This document shows, one piece after another, positions 9,962 to 19,215 of a stretch of 46,147 nt of DNA (its first letter is position 1; each line of letters opens with the position of its first letter). The notes under the pieces were generated by a model. It saw only the letters and a program-made list of their open reading frames with translations, ran no database searches and was not told where the DNA came from. The translations under genes were made by a program, and so were the position numbers. This DNA is from Candidatus Cryptobacteroides faecihippi (lineage in GTDB: Bacteria; Bacteroidota; Bacteroidia; Bacteroidales; UBA932): contig JAGHSC010000173.1 in NCBI GenBank assembly GCA_018066065.1, positions 1 through 46,147 of the forward strand, written 5' to 3'.

Positions 9962-11473
9962 ATGAAGAGATTCATTTCCATTGTCCTCGCCATGGCGGCT
10001 GCGTTGCAGCTTGTCTCGGCCAAGGACTACCTGGTCACGGATTTCGGCGCAAAGGCTGACGGCGTGACCTTGAATTCGGCCTACATTCAGGCAGCCATCG
10101 ACTATGTCTCCGGGAATGGAGGAGGAAGGCTGGTGTTCACTCCGGGAAACTATGTTACCGGAACCGTCTATCTCAAGTCCGGTGTTACCCTGCATCTTGA
10201 AGCCGGCGCATCCCTTCTCGGCTCATCGAATCCATGGGATTTCGTGAAGGATCCCTACATCAACTGGACGTCGATGATCTTTGCCCTGAAGCAGGACAAC
10301 ATCGGCATCAGTGGTGAAGGTACGATCGATGGACGCGGATTCATCGTTGCGAACAGGCTCGTCGAGTACATCCACCGCGGCCTTTTCGAGGATCAGCTCA
10401 AGCTGGACCGTCCCTATGAGGCCAACCGTCCTCAGAACATCTACTTCCGTGAGTGCTCCAACGTCAAGGTGACTGGGATCACACTGAAGGATCCGGGAAG
10501 CTGGAACCAGACCTATGATCAGTGTCACAATGTCTATGTCGAGGGTCTGACCGTCGACAGCAAGTCCTACTGGAACAATGATGGCATCGACATCGTGGAC
10601 TGCGAGGATGTCATCATCAGGAACTGCTTCATCGATGCTGCCGACGATGTCTATTGCTTCAGGTCGCATTCCGCCGACCACATGTGCAGGAACGTCCTGC
10701 TCGAGAACTGTGTGGGACGCTCCAGCGCCAACGGTGTCAAGTTCGGTACTGTCTCCAAGGGTGGCTTCAAGAACTTTACAATCCGCAACATTACGATGTA
10801 TGACACCTACCGCAGCGCGATAACGTTCGCTGCTGTCGACGGGGCAGAGATCGAGGATATCCTTGTGGATGGCGTGAGAAGCCTTCACACAGGCAACGTC
10901 GTCTTCCTCAGGATGGGAGAGCGATGGAACACGGTCACTCCGAAGGATGGAAGGGAGCCATACCGCAAGAAGCCATACATGAAGAATGTCGTCATCAGGA
11001 ACGTCTATGCCGAAGTCCCTCTCGACAAGCCGGATGCCGGCTACAACTATGAGGGTCCGATCGAGGACCTTCCGAGGAACATCTCTCCTGCGATCATCGT
11101 CGCCGGCATCCCTCAGTACAGGATGGAGGGCATCACCCTCGAGAACTTCGAGATCGTGATGCCGGGCGGCAGCAATCCGCTCTATGCCTTCAGGGGCACG
11201 TCTCCGGAGGATCTTGACGGCATCGACGAGATGATCTCGTACTATCCGGAATTCTCTCAGTGGAAAGAACTTCCGGCATGGGGAGCCTACCTCAGGCATG
11301 CGGATGGCGTCACCCTGCGCAACATCAAGTTCAAGGCTCTGGCACCTGAGTACCGTCCGGCCATCGTGGCCGACGATGTCGATGGCCTCTCTCTCGAGAA
11401 TGTCTCCTGCGACGAGCCTGGGCAGGATGCCAAGAAGCAGACCGTTACCTACAAGACCACAACCAAGGAATAA
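9962..11473 (+). CDS. GH28-like beta-helix glycoside hydrolase
   Basis: Signal peptide; DFGAKADG...IQAAID; GTVYLKSGVTLHL; WNNDGIDI; AADD. Confidence 0.85.
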   Translation: MKRFISIVLAMAAALQLVSAKDYLVTDFGAKADGVTLNSAYIQAAIDYVSGNGGGRLVFTPGNYVTGTVYLKSGVTLHLEAGASLLGSSNPWDFVKDPYINWTSMIFALKQDNIGISGEGTIDGRGFIVANRLVEYIHRGLFEDQLKLDRPYEANRPQNIYFRECSNVKVTGITLKDPGSWNQTYDQCHNVYVEGLTVDSKSYWNNDGIDIVDCEDVIIRNCFIDAADDVYCFRSHSADHMCRNVLLENCVGRSSANGVKFGTVSKGGFKNFTIRNITMYDTYRSAITFAAVDGAEIEDILVDGVRSLHTGNVVFLRMGERWNTVTPKDGREPYRKKPYMKNVVIRNVYAEVPLDKPDAGYNYEGPIEDLPRNISPAIIVAGIPQYRMEGITLENFEIVMPGGSNPLYAFRGTSPEDLDGIDEMISYYPEFSQWKELPAWGAYLRHADGVTLRNIKFKALAPEYRPAIVADDVDGLSLENVSCDEPGQDAKKQTVTYKTTTKE

Positions 11474-11486
11474 GAAAGAACAGGAT

Positions 11487-11999
11487 ATGAAAAGAACAAT
11501 CATCACAGCCCTGCTTGCCTTGCTGGCATTCCAGTGCTTCGCACAGCAGGAGTACAAGGCCACGCTCTTCGGGATAAGGAGCGACGGCGTTACCGACAAC
11601 ACGTCCAGCATACAGCGCGCTGTCGACTTCATCAGCGAGAAGGGAGGCGGCAAGCTTGTCTTCTATGTGGGACGCTACCTTACCGGGGCCGTCGAGCTCA
11701 AGGACAATGTGACGATAGACCTGCGTGAAGCCGCCGTGCTTGTCGGCGCCACAAGCGTCTATCCTTACAAGGGTGCGCCTGCCCTTGTCTGGGCGAAGGA
11801 TGCCCGGAATGTGGGCCTCATCGGAAAGGGTGTGGTCGAGGGACGCCATGCTGCCCTTGCCGCCAGCATCGAGGATCAGAAGGCGAAGGGGCATATCCCT
11901 GCCTCGGTCTCAGTGCCTTCACTCGTCTCCTTCGAGGGATGCGAGGGAGCTGTCCTCGGGGATGAGGTGAAGCTGATCGAGAACATCGTTACAAAATAG
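11487..11999 (+). CDS. Short (170 aa) exported protein made of only the N-terminal part of a GH28/pectate_lyase_3-like beta-helix
   Basis: Starts MKRTIITALLALLAFQCFA|Q. LFGIRSDG...SIQRAVDFISEKGGGKLVFYVGRYLTG is nearly collinear with both neighbours. Ends before the NNDG/DD catalytic region. Confidence 0.75.
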   Translation: MKRTIITALLALLAFQCFAQQEYKATLFGIRSDGVTDNTSSIQRAVDFISEKGGGKLVFYVGRYLTGAVELKDNVTIDLREAAVLVGATSVYPYKGAPALVWAKDARNVGLIGKGVVEGRHAALAASIEDQKAKGHIPASVSVPSLVSFEGCEGAVLGDEVKLIENIVTK

Positions 12000-12008
12000 G
12001 TAGACATC

Positions 12009-13466
12009 ATGAAGAAGACCATAACCATACTGCTGTGCATCTTTTCCGTGATGCAGCTTTCCGCCAGGGACTACTATGCTTCCGCCTTCGGAATCAAGTC
12101 GAACGGAACCACCATGAACACCAACTCCATCCAGAAGGCTATCGACTTCATAAGCGAAGAGGGTGGAGGAAAGCTCATATTCAAAGTCGGTCGCTATCTG
12201 ACAGGTACCATCCAGCTCAAGGACAATGTCACCATCGAGCTTGGGGAGGGCGCCGTCCTAGTCGGCTCCACCAATCCTTATGACTACAGGAGGGATGGGG
12301 ATGCCTTCGCGCTTGTCTATGCCAACGGGGCTGAGAATGTCGGTGTCGTCGGACTCGGCGTCATCGATGGACAGGGCCGTGAGGTTGCGAACAATTTCCT
12401 TTCGCAGATCGCCAATGGCTTCATAAAGGACAACCTTGGCCTCGGAAGGCCTGCGGACCGTCCTCACCTTGTCTATCTCTGCAAGTCAAGGAATGTGACC
12501 CTCAAGGGCATCAACCTGAGGAATTCCGCTTTCTGGACCTGCACCAGCGACAGGTGCGAGAACCTTCTCATCGAGGGCGTCACGGTGGACAGCCGTGCTT
12601 TCTGGAACAATGATGGACTGGACATCGTGGATTGCAAGAATGCGTTGATCCACAAGTGCTTCGTCAATTCTGCGGATGATGGCATCTGTCTCAAGTCGCA
12701 CCATGCCGATGTCTGCAACGACAATGTCACCGTACGCGACAACGTGATCACTTCAAGCGCCAGCGCCATCAAGTTCGGTACGTTCGGTGTAGGTGGCTTC
12801 AAGGACATCAAGATCATCAACAACACCGTCTACGACACTTTCCGCTCTGCAATCGCGATCGAGTCTGTGGATGGTGGCTTTGTCAAGGATGTCCTGGTCG
12901 ACAGCCTGAAGTCCCTGAACACTGCAAATGCAATCTTCCTCATCATCGGCCAGAGAAGGGGAAGCAAGCCTAGCACCCTGGAGAATGTTACGATCCGTAA
13001 TGTCTACGCCGAAATCTCATCCACGAAGCCTGATTATGGTCTCGACTATGAAGGCCCTACCATGGAGGATGAGCCTCGCAACATCTGCCCTTGTGCCATT
13101 GTCGGTCTCGAGGGCCAGAGGGTTCATGGTGTCAGGGTCGAGAATGACGAGCTGAAGTTCCCTGGTGGAGGTGACCCGACCTATGCCAAGGTTGGTGTCA
13201 AGGAGCTTGACAAGGTTCCGGAGATGCCGACGGCCTACCCGGAATTCTCTCAGTTCAAGGAACTTCCGGCTTGGGGTTTCTTTATCCGTCATGCTGAGGG
13301 GGTCGTCTTTGAGAATGTCAGGATGACTGCTGCAAATGCCGATTACAGGCCTGCTGTTGTCCTTGATGACGTTCATGGCTCGACCTTCAGGAGTGTCAAG
13401 GCGGTTTCTCCAAAGTCAAAGGGTACCTACTTCGTGAGCCCGTCCTGCACGTCCATCAGGAAGTAG
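12009..13466 (+). CDS. GH28-like beta-helix glycoside hydrolase (paralog of 9962-11473)
   Basis: Signal peptide; WNNDGLDIVDC; SADDGICLKS; shares YDTxRSAI, YEGP and YPEFSQxKELPAWG blocks with the first copy. Confidence 0.87.
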   Translation: MKKTITILLCIFSVMQLSARDYYASAFGIKSNGTTMNTNSIQKAIDFISEEGGGKLIFKVGRYLTGTIQLKDNVTIELGEGAVLVGSTNPYDYRRDGDAFALVYANGAENVGVVGLGVIDGQGREVANNFLSQIANGFIKDNLGLGRPADRPHLVYLCKSRNVTLKGINLRNSAFWTCTSDRCENLLIEGVTVDSRAFWNNDGLDIVDCKNALIHKCFVNSADDGICLKSHHADVCNDNVTVRDNVITSSASAIKFGTFGVGGFKDIKIINNTVYDTFRSAIAIESVDGGFVKDVLVDSLKSLNTANAIFLIIGQRRGSKPSTLENVTIRNVYAEISSTKPDYGLDYEGPTMEDEPRNICPCAIVGLEGQRVHGVRVENDELKFPGGGDPTYAKVGVKELDKVPEMPTAYPEFSQFKELPAWGFFIRHAEGVVFENVRMTAANADYRPAVVLDDVHGSTFRSVKAVSPKSKGTYFVSPSCTSIRK

Positions 13467-13496
13467 CTTCCATCCCGTAGCTTTATTGTGTTTTAA

Positions 13497-13539
13497 TACA
13501 GCGGACTTCCTTTTTGGTAGTCTGCTGTAACTTTTTTTT
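13497..13539 (+). terminator. Rho-independent terminator after the GH28-like triplet
   Basis: Stem TACAGCGGACT / AGTCTGCTGTA (one G-U pair) followed by an 8-T run. Confidence 0.8.
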
Positions 13540-13620
13540 GTAATTATTACTTGCATTTTCTTGCAGGGGAGTTGAAAAATCGCTATTTTTCGTGTTGGTT
13601 TAAAATTTTAGTAGTGTAAG

Positions 13621-14322
13621 ATGAAAAACAATGGACTGACATTGGGCGTCCTGGGTGGAATGGGCCCGGCTGCAACTGCGGAGTTTCAGCGTATCCTTGC
13701 CACCAAGGCACCTGCTGACGTTGATCAGGAGCATCCGAGGATGATTGTCTATTCACACACAATCACTCCGGACAGGACAACTTTCCTCTTGGGCAAGGGA
13801 CCCGATCCCGAGCCGTATCTGCTTGACGGTCTGAAGACCTTGATTGGCTGGGGTGCCGACCGCCTTGTCGTCACCTGCAACACTGCTCACTTCTTCATCG
13901 ACAAGTTCCGTGACCAGATCGACAGGCCGATCATCCACATCATCGATGAGACCATCAGGACTTGCCAGGAGCGTTCACCGCAGGGCGCATGGCTCACTGC
14001 CACGCTCGGAACCATGAACACCGGCATCTACCAGAAGCATGCAAAGGACAGTGGCTATGAGTTCCTCATCCCTACCAAGGAGATGCAGGAAACCATCCAT
14101 GACATCACCGACCAGGTGAAGGGCGGTCTCTATGATGTGGCCGGAAAGCGGTTCCGTGAGGTCTGTGAGGAGCTCTGGTCAATCCGCAAGGTTCCGATTG
14201 TTGGCGCATGTACCGAGATTCCGATCGCCTACCAGCACACAGGACTTCCGGCAGAGATGGCGATCTCTTCGCTTGAGGCCCTCGCGGACGGGTGCATAAG
14301 AGAACTTTACAAGCCTCTGTAG
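13621..14322 (+). CDS. PLP-independent aspartate/glutamate racemase family protein, probably aspartate racemase
   Basis: LGVLGGMGPAAT, PDRT, and two catalytic Cys motifs TCNTAH and ACTEIP. Confidence 0.88.
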   Translation: MKNNGLTLGVLGGMGPAATAEFQRILATKAPADVDQEHPRMIVYSHTITPDRTTFLLGKGPDPEPYLLDGLKTLIGWGADRLVVTCNTAHFFIDKFRDQIDRPIIHIIDETIRTCQERSPQGAWLTATLGTMNTGIYQKHAKDSGYEFLIPTKEMQETIHDITDQVKGGLYDVAGKRFREVCEELWSIRKVPIVGACTEIPIAYQHTGLPAEMAISSLEALADGCIRELYKPL

Positions 14323-14379
14323 GCCCTGTTATCCGATTATCTGACAATAGTTTAATATAAAACCCTTAACAACCAGTTT

Positions 14380-17307
14380 ATGAAAATGCGTAAAGCACTG
14401 GCACTTTGTGCCTTGATGCTCCTGGGTACAATCTCGTCATGGGCACAGACCGTCACGGGAAAGGTTACCGATGCATCGACGGGTGAACCGCTGATCGGTG
14501 TGAGCATCGCAGTGAAGGGTACTTCCGTCGGAGTCTACACGGACATCGACGGAAACTACAGCATCCCTGCAAAGAGCGGGAATGTTCTCGCCTTCTACTT
14601 CATGGGCTTCAAGAATGTCGAAGTCACCGTCGAGAAATCCTCGAAGGTCGATGTCGCCATGGAGCCGGACAACACTTTCCTCAATGAGATTGTCGTCGTG
14701 GGTTATGGTACCCAGAAAAAGAGCGACATCACTGGAGCTGTGGCTTCAGTCGGCAAGGAGGTTCTTGAAGAAAGACCTGTACCGAACCTTATCTCTGCCC
14801 TCCAGGGCTCTGTCCCGGGACTCAAGGTTGAGCTTTACGGCTCAAACGCAGAAGGTTCCAACAACTCATCGGTCATCCGTGGAACGAACTCCATCAGTGC
14901 AAGCAACGCCCCGCTCATCATTCTCGACGGAGCGCCTTACTACAATTCATGGTCTGAGATCAATCCTGAGGACATCCAGAGCATCGAGGTCCTGAAGGAT
15001 GCTTCATCCACAGCGATCTATGGTGCACGTGGTGCCAACGGTGTCATCCTCATCACAACCAAGAAGGGAACCAGTGACAAGGCCAAGATCAACTACCATG
15101 GCAATGTTACGGTTGCAAACGTCTTCTCGCTTCCTGAGATGATGGACGGTGACACTTTCTACTACTACAAGAACAAGTACTACGGAACATTCACTGCAAC
15201 CGAGACCGAGTCATTCCTTTCAAAGAACTATGTGAACTGGGCAGACGAGGCTCTCCGCACTGCCGTCAGTACAACCCACAGCCTTTCCGTCAGCGGCAAG
15301 ACAAAGGTCAACAACTATTTTGCATCCCTGAACGTTGTCGACAACCAGGGTATCGCAAAGGGTGATGATTTCCAGAAGTATTCTGGCCGCATCAACTTCG
15401 AGCAGAAGGTTACCGACTGGGTTACGTTCGGAACCAGCACTCAGTTCAACTATGTCGACAGAGGCGGTGTCAGCGTCGAGTTCCTTGACTGCTACAAGAT
15501 GAACCCCCTTGCACAGGCTTACAATGAGGATGGATCCTACAGGCTCTACACTTGGGAAGGCGGAAGCAACGAGAACCCTCTCGCAGCCCTGAACACATTG
15601 AACAATGATGTCCGCAAGACCGTCATCACCAACAACTACCTCATCGTCACCTGCCCTGTCGAGGGTCTGAGCTACAAGCTCAACACCAACCTTACCTACG
15701 ACTCACGCCTTCAGCAGACCTATTATGGCCGCGACACTTACACCGGCACCCGCGTCAACGGTGAGATGACACTCTACAACGGCTACGCAAACAGGTGGCT
15801 CGTCGAGAACATCCTCAGCTACGAGCACTCTTTCGGCAAGCACAACATCTTCCTCACGGCACTCTACTCTGCGCAGCATGCCCAGACGATGTCCAACAGT
15901 CTCACGGCGACCGGCTTTGCCAACGATGTCCTTACCTACTGGGCACCTAACAAGGCAGAGTCACTTTCAGCCAGCTGCTCCGAGTCTTCAGAGAACCACA
16001 TCTCCCAGATGTTCCGTGCCAACTACAGCTACGATTCACGCTACCTCTTCACCGGAACGGTAAGACGTGACGGCTACTCTGCATTCGGTTCCGACACCAA
16101 GTACGGTGTCTTCCCTTCAGTCGCATTCGGATGGAACATCACCAACGAACCTTATGTCAAGGGAACCGGCTTCGGACGTCTGTTCAATGAACTCAAGCTT
16201 CGTCTCTCATGGGGTATGAACGGTAACGAGGCCATCGATGCCTACGCTACACTTCCTACCCTGAGCACAAGAAACTATCTTGAGGACGACTACCAGGCAG
16301 CCTACGGTTACTATCCTACAAAGCTTGAGTCTCCTCTCCTTGGATGGGAGACCACCAAGTCCTGGAACATAGGTCTTGACTACAGTATCCTGAAGGGCCG
16401 CATCAACGGTAGCATCGATGCATTCTCCGCCCATACCACAGACCTCCTCCTCGAGAAGACCATTCCTTCAATGAACGGTGCCACTTCGATCTGGGAGAAC
16501 CTCGGCGAGACAAAGAGCTCAGGAATCGAGTTCAGCATCAACTCTGTCAATGTGACCACCAAGGACTTCACATGGAGCACGAACTTCAACATCAGCAGCG
16601 CTCACACTGCACTTGTCGACGTCGGCCTCTATGACGAGGCAGGCAAGCCTATCGATGACATAGCATCAGGCTATTTCATCGGCTGGCCTACCAACTGCTA
16701 TTATGACTACACTTTCGACGGCATCTACCAGGTTGGAGACGAGACCCCTAAGGGCTGGGCTCCTGGCTATGTACGCTACAAGGACATCGAGCCAGACGGC
16801 GAGATCAATGTCAATGACAAGTCTGTCCTTGGTTCCCGTGAAGCCAAGTTCGATGCAGCGATGACCAACACCTTCAAGTGGAAGGGCCTCTCTCTCTCAT
16901 TCTACATGACCGGACGCTATGGTTCAATCTCTCCAGTCTACCTTCTCCACTCAGTGAACGAGACTTACATGATGAACCAGTACAACCGCCCTATGTGGAG
17001 CGAGACCAATCCTATCAATGAATATCCATCAGGAGAAAGGACTGGCGCCAGCAACCCTATGGGTATGAGGTGGTACAGAAGTGCCGACTTCCTCAAGCTC
17101 AAGGATGTCACTCTCGGCTACAGGATGCCGGACAAGGTTTCCGACTTCCTCCATGTCGACAGGCTTGAGTTCTATGCAAACCTCAAGAATGTCTACACCT
17201 GGACAGACTGGATCGGTCTCGACCCTGAGTTCGTGGGCTCCAACTCCCGTCAGTCAGCCTGCCCTCAGACAAGGCAGTACATCTTCGGTGTCAAACTTGG
17301 TTTCTAA
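14380..17307 (+). CDS. susC: SusC/RagA-family TonB-dependent transporter
   Basis: N-terminal VTGKVTD...GEPLIGV domain; EIVVVGYG; IEVLKDASSTAIYGARGANGVILITTKKG; ends GVKLGF. Confidence 0.95.
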   Translation: MKMRKALALCALMLLGTISSWAQTVTGKVTDASTGEPLIGVSIAVKGTSVGVYTDIDGNYSIPAKSGNVLAFYFMGFKNVEVTVEKSSKVDVAMEPDNTFLNEIVVVGYGTQKKSDITGAVASVGKEVLEERPVPNLISALQGSVPGLKVELYGSNAEGSNNSSVIRGTNSISASNAPLIILDGAPYYNSWSEINPEDIQSIEVLKDASSTAIYGARGANGVILITTKKGTSDKAKINYHGNVTVANVFSLPEMMDGDTFYYYKNKYYGTFTATETESFLSKNYVNWADEALRTAVSTTHSLSVSGKTKVNNYFASLNVVDNQGIAKGDDFQKYSGRINFEQKVTDWVTFGTSTQFNYVDRGGVSVEFLDCYKMNPLAQAYNEDGSYRLYTWEGGSNENPLAALNTLNNDVRKTVITNNYLIVTCPVEGLSYKLNTNLTYDSRLQQTYYGRDTYTGTRVNGEMTLYNGYANRWLVENILSYEHSFGKHNIFLTALYSAQHAQTMSNSLTATGFANDVLTYWAPNKAESLSASCSESSENHISQMFRANYSYDSRYLFTGTVRRDGYSAFGSDTKYGVFPSVAFGWNITNEPYVKGTGFGRLFNELKLRLSWGMNGNEAIDAYATLPTLSTRNYLEDDYQAAYGYYPTKLESPLLGWETTKSWNIGLDYSILKGRINGSIDAFSAHTTDLLLEKTIPSMNGATSIWENLGETKSSGIEFSINSVNVTTKDFTWSTNFNISSAHTALVDVGLYDEAGKPIDDIASGYFIGWPTNCYYDYTFDGIYQVGDETPKGWAPGYVRYKDIEPDGEINVNDKSVLGSREAKFDAAMTNTFKWKGLSLSFYMTGRYGSISPVYLLHSVNETYMMNQYNRPMWSETNPINEYPSGERTGASNPMGMRWYRSADFLKLKDVTLGYRMPDKVSDFLHVDRLEFYANLKNVYTWTDWIGLDPEFVGSNSRQSACPQTRQYIFGVKLGF

Positions 17308-17325
17308 AGACAGGAGGAAACAGAT

Positions 17326-19203
17326 ATGAAAAAGATCTTTATCGCAATAATTGCAATCTCAGCTGCGTTCCTCACTTCCTGCAAGGAGGAATTCCTCGTG
17401 GAGCATCCTGTCGACGAAATGTATGCCGACAATCTCCTCGTCAACTACACCGGTTTCTACAGCATGATCTCCGCACAGCGCGGACTCATGAGAAACGAAC
17501 ACGTCAGGCCTACGAATGATTCGGGCTCGAGCTCGTCGTCACTCACTCCTCAGTCTGCGTTCAATGCCGGCTGTGACCTTTACTTCGGTAACCAGCGTTC
17601 CGAGGACGGCCGCTGGTACAACTGGCCTAACTACCTCAAGCTCGATGTCGAAGGATCGTTCATCAACAGAATGTTCCGCAACCTCTACACGATCATCAAT
17701 GTCTCCAACATGATCATCAACCGTGCCGAGAACAATGCAGACATCGACTGGGAGGGTGGCAGTCCTGAGGCCGACGAGGCTCGCAAGACCTCGATCATCG
17801 CACAGGCCAAGTTCTTCCGGGCCTATGCCTACAGGCATCTTTCCTACGAATGGGGCGACGTTCCGCTCAGCCTTGAGGAGATCACTGGTTCAAACTATCG
17901 TACTGACTGGAACCGTGCTCCTCTCTCAAAGGTCCGCGAAGCCATCATCGAAGACCTCGAGTACTGCGTCGAGCATCTCGACTGGAGGACCGACGGCAAC
18001 AACACCAAGCCTAACAAGGCGATTGCCGCAACCTATCTCGGTGAGATGTACCTTGCCACCAAGCAGAATGACAAGGCTGTCGCCATCCTCAAGAGAGTCT
18101 GCGAGGAGTCTCCTTACTCCCTCATGACCCAGCGTTTCGGTGTCAATGCCCAGAATGATGGAAACTGCTTCATCGACATGTTCCGAAGCCCTCTTTACAC
18201 AGAAGGCAACATGGAGGTTCTCTACTCTTTCCTCAACGCCGAGCCTGAGACCTATCCTTATGGCTCTACTGAGTCCAGCCGCGCCCGCGCAATGTGGAAG
18301 AACTACCACTACAACCTCAGCGTGGTCCCTGCAACGCTCTGCGCCGGCTACACCACCAACGCCCAGATCTTCTATGCCCTCAACGGTGGCTACGGCAACG
18401 GCCGTATCACGCCTACCGTCGGCTGCCTCAAGCTCTATGACTATGACGGCCAGATGGAGAAGGACATCAGATATGATGAATATTCAATGACGCGCCGTCT
18501 CTACTACTATGATGTCAATGGCAAGAAGTATGAGATCCTTAACCAGGACGGCTCAAAGCCTATCCAGCTTGTGACCACCACGGCGATGTTCAGCAATGCG
18601 GAGGGAACCGTGAAGAACTACTTCCTCCCATCCACCACCAAGTATGACTATGTCCACTCCAACATCGAGAGGGCAGATGCATCAGGTGACTTCCAGAACA
18701 TTGTCTACATGCGTCTCGCAGAGTCTTATCTTCTCTACGCCGAGGCTCTCTTCAGGTCAGGAAAGCCTGCTGATGCAGCGACCTGGATCAACAAGATCCG
18801 CACCCGTGCCGGTGTCACCACCGTCCCTGCAAGCGCAATCACACTTGACTTCATCCTCGACGAGAGGGCACGCGAGCTTCTCTGCGAAGGCCAGCGCCGT
18901 CACACTCTCATCCGTTTCAGCCAGCTGAACGATGAATGCAACGGTGATGTACGAGCACTCGACAACTTCTTCAAGAGAAGAACCCGCGAGCTCAATGAGG
19001 TCTGCGGCCAGGTTGAGGGCGAGGTGAAAATCGCCAACTACTCTTCCGGCTCTAGCATGAGTGCTTCCACGAAGGTCGACAAGCCTGTGACTTGTGTCAG
19101 CCATGGCTTCGATGTCTATGAGACTCCGGTCCTCCTTCCTATCCCTAAGACAATCATCGACTCCAACACTTCCAGCGTGATGGAGCAGAACCCTGGATTC
19201 TAG
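17326..19203 (+). CDS. susD: SusD/RagB-family substrate-binding lipoprotein
   Basis: Lipobox LTSC-KEE; AKFFRAYAY...WGDVPL; RLAESYLLYAEA; ERARELLCEGQR; directly follows susC. Confidence 0.93.
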   Translation: MKKIFIAIIAISAAFLTSCKEEFLVEHPVDEMYADNLLVNYTGFYSMISAQRGLMRNEHVRPTNDSGSSSSSLTPQSAFNAGCDLYFGNQRSEDGRWYNWPNYLKLDVEGSFINRMFRNLYTIINVSNMIINRAENNADIDWEGGSPEADEARKTSIIAQAKFFRAYAYRHLSYEWGDVPLSLEEITGSNYRTDWNRAPLSKVREAIIEDLEYCVEHLDWRTDGNNTKPNKAIAATYLGEMYLATKQNDKAVAILKRVCEESPYSLMTQRFGVNAQNDGNCFIDMFRSPLYTEGNMEVLYSFLNAEPETYPYGSTESSRARAMWKNYHYNLSVVPATLCAGYTTNAQIFYALNGGYGNGRITPTVGCLKLYDYDGQMEKDIRYDEYSMTRRLYYYDVNGKKYEILNQDGSKPIQLVTTTAMFSNAEGTVKNYFLPSTTKYDYVHSNIERADASGDFQNIVYMRLAESYLLYAEALFRSGKPADAATWINKIRTRAGVTTVPASAITLDFILDERARELLCEGQRRHTLIRFSQLNDECNGDVRALDNFFKRRTRELNEVCGQVEGEVKIANYSSGSSMSASTKVDKPVTCVSHGFDVYETPVLLPIPKTIIDSNTSSVMEQNPGF

Positions 19204-19215
19204 TAACTTGCAATC

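Noticed and set aside
10223-11653. 476-aa antisense ORF
   Set aside because: Shadow of the GH28-like genes caused by codon bias; no recognisable motifs.
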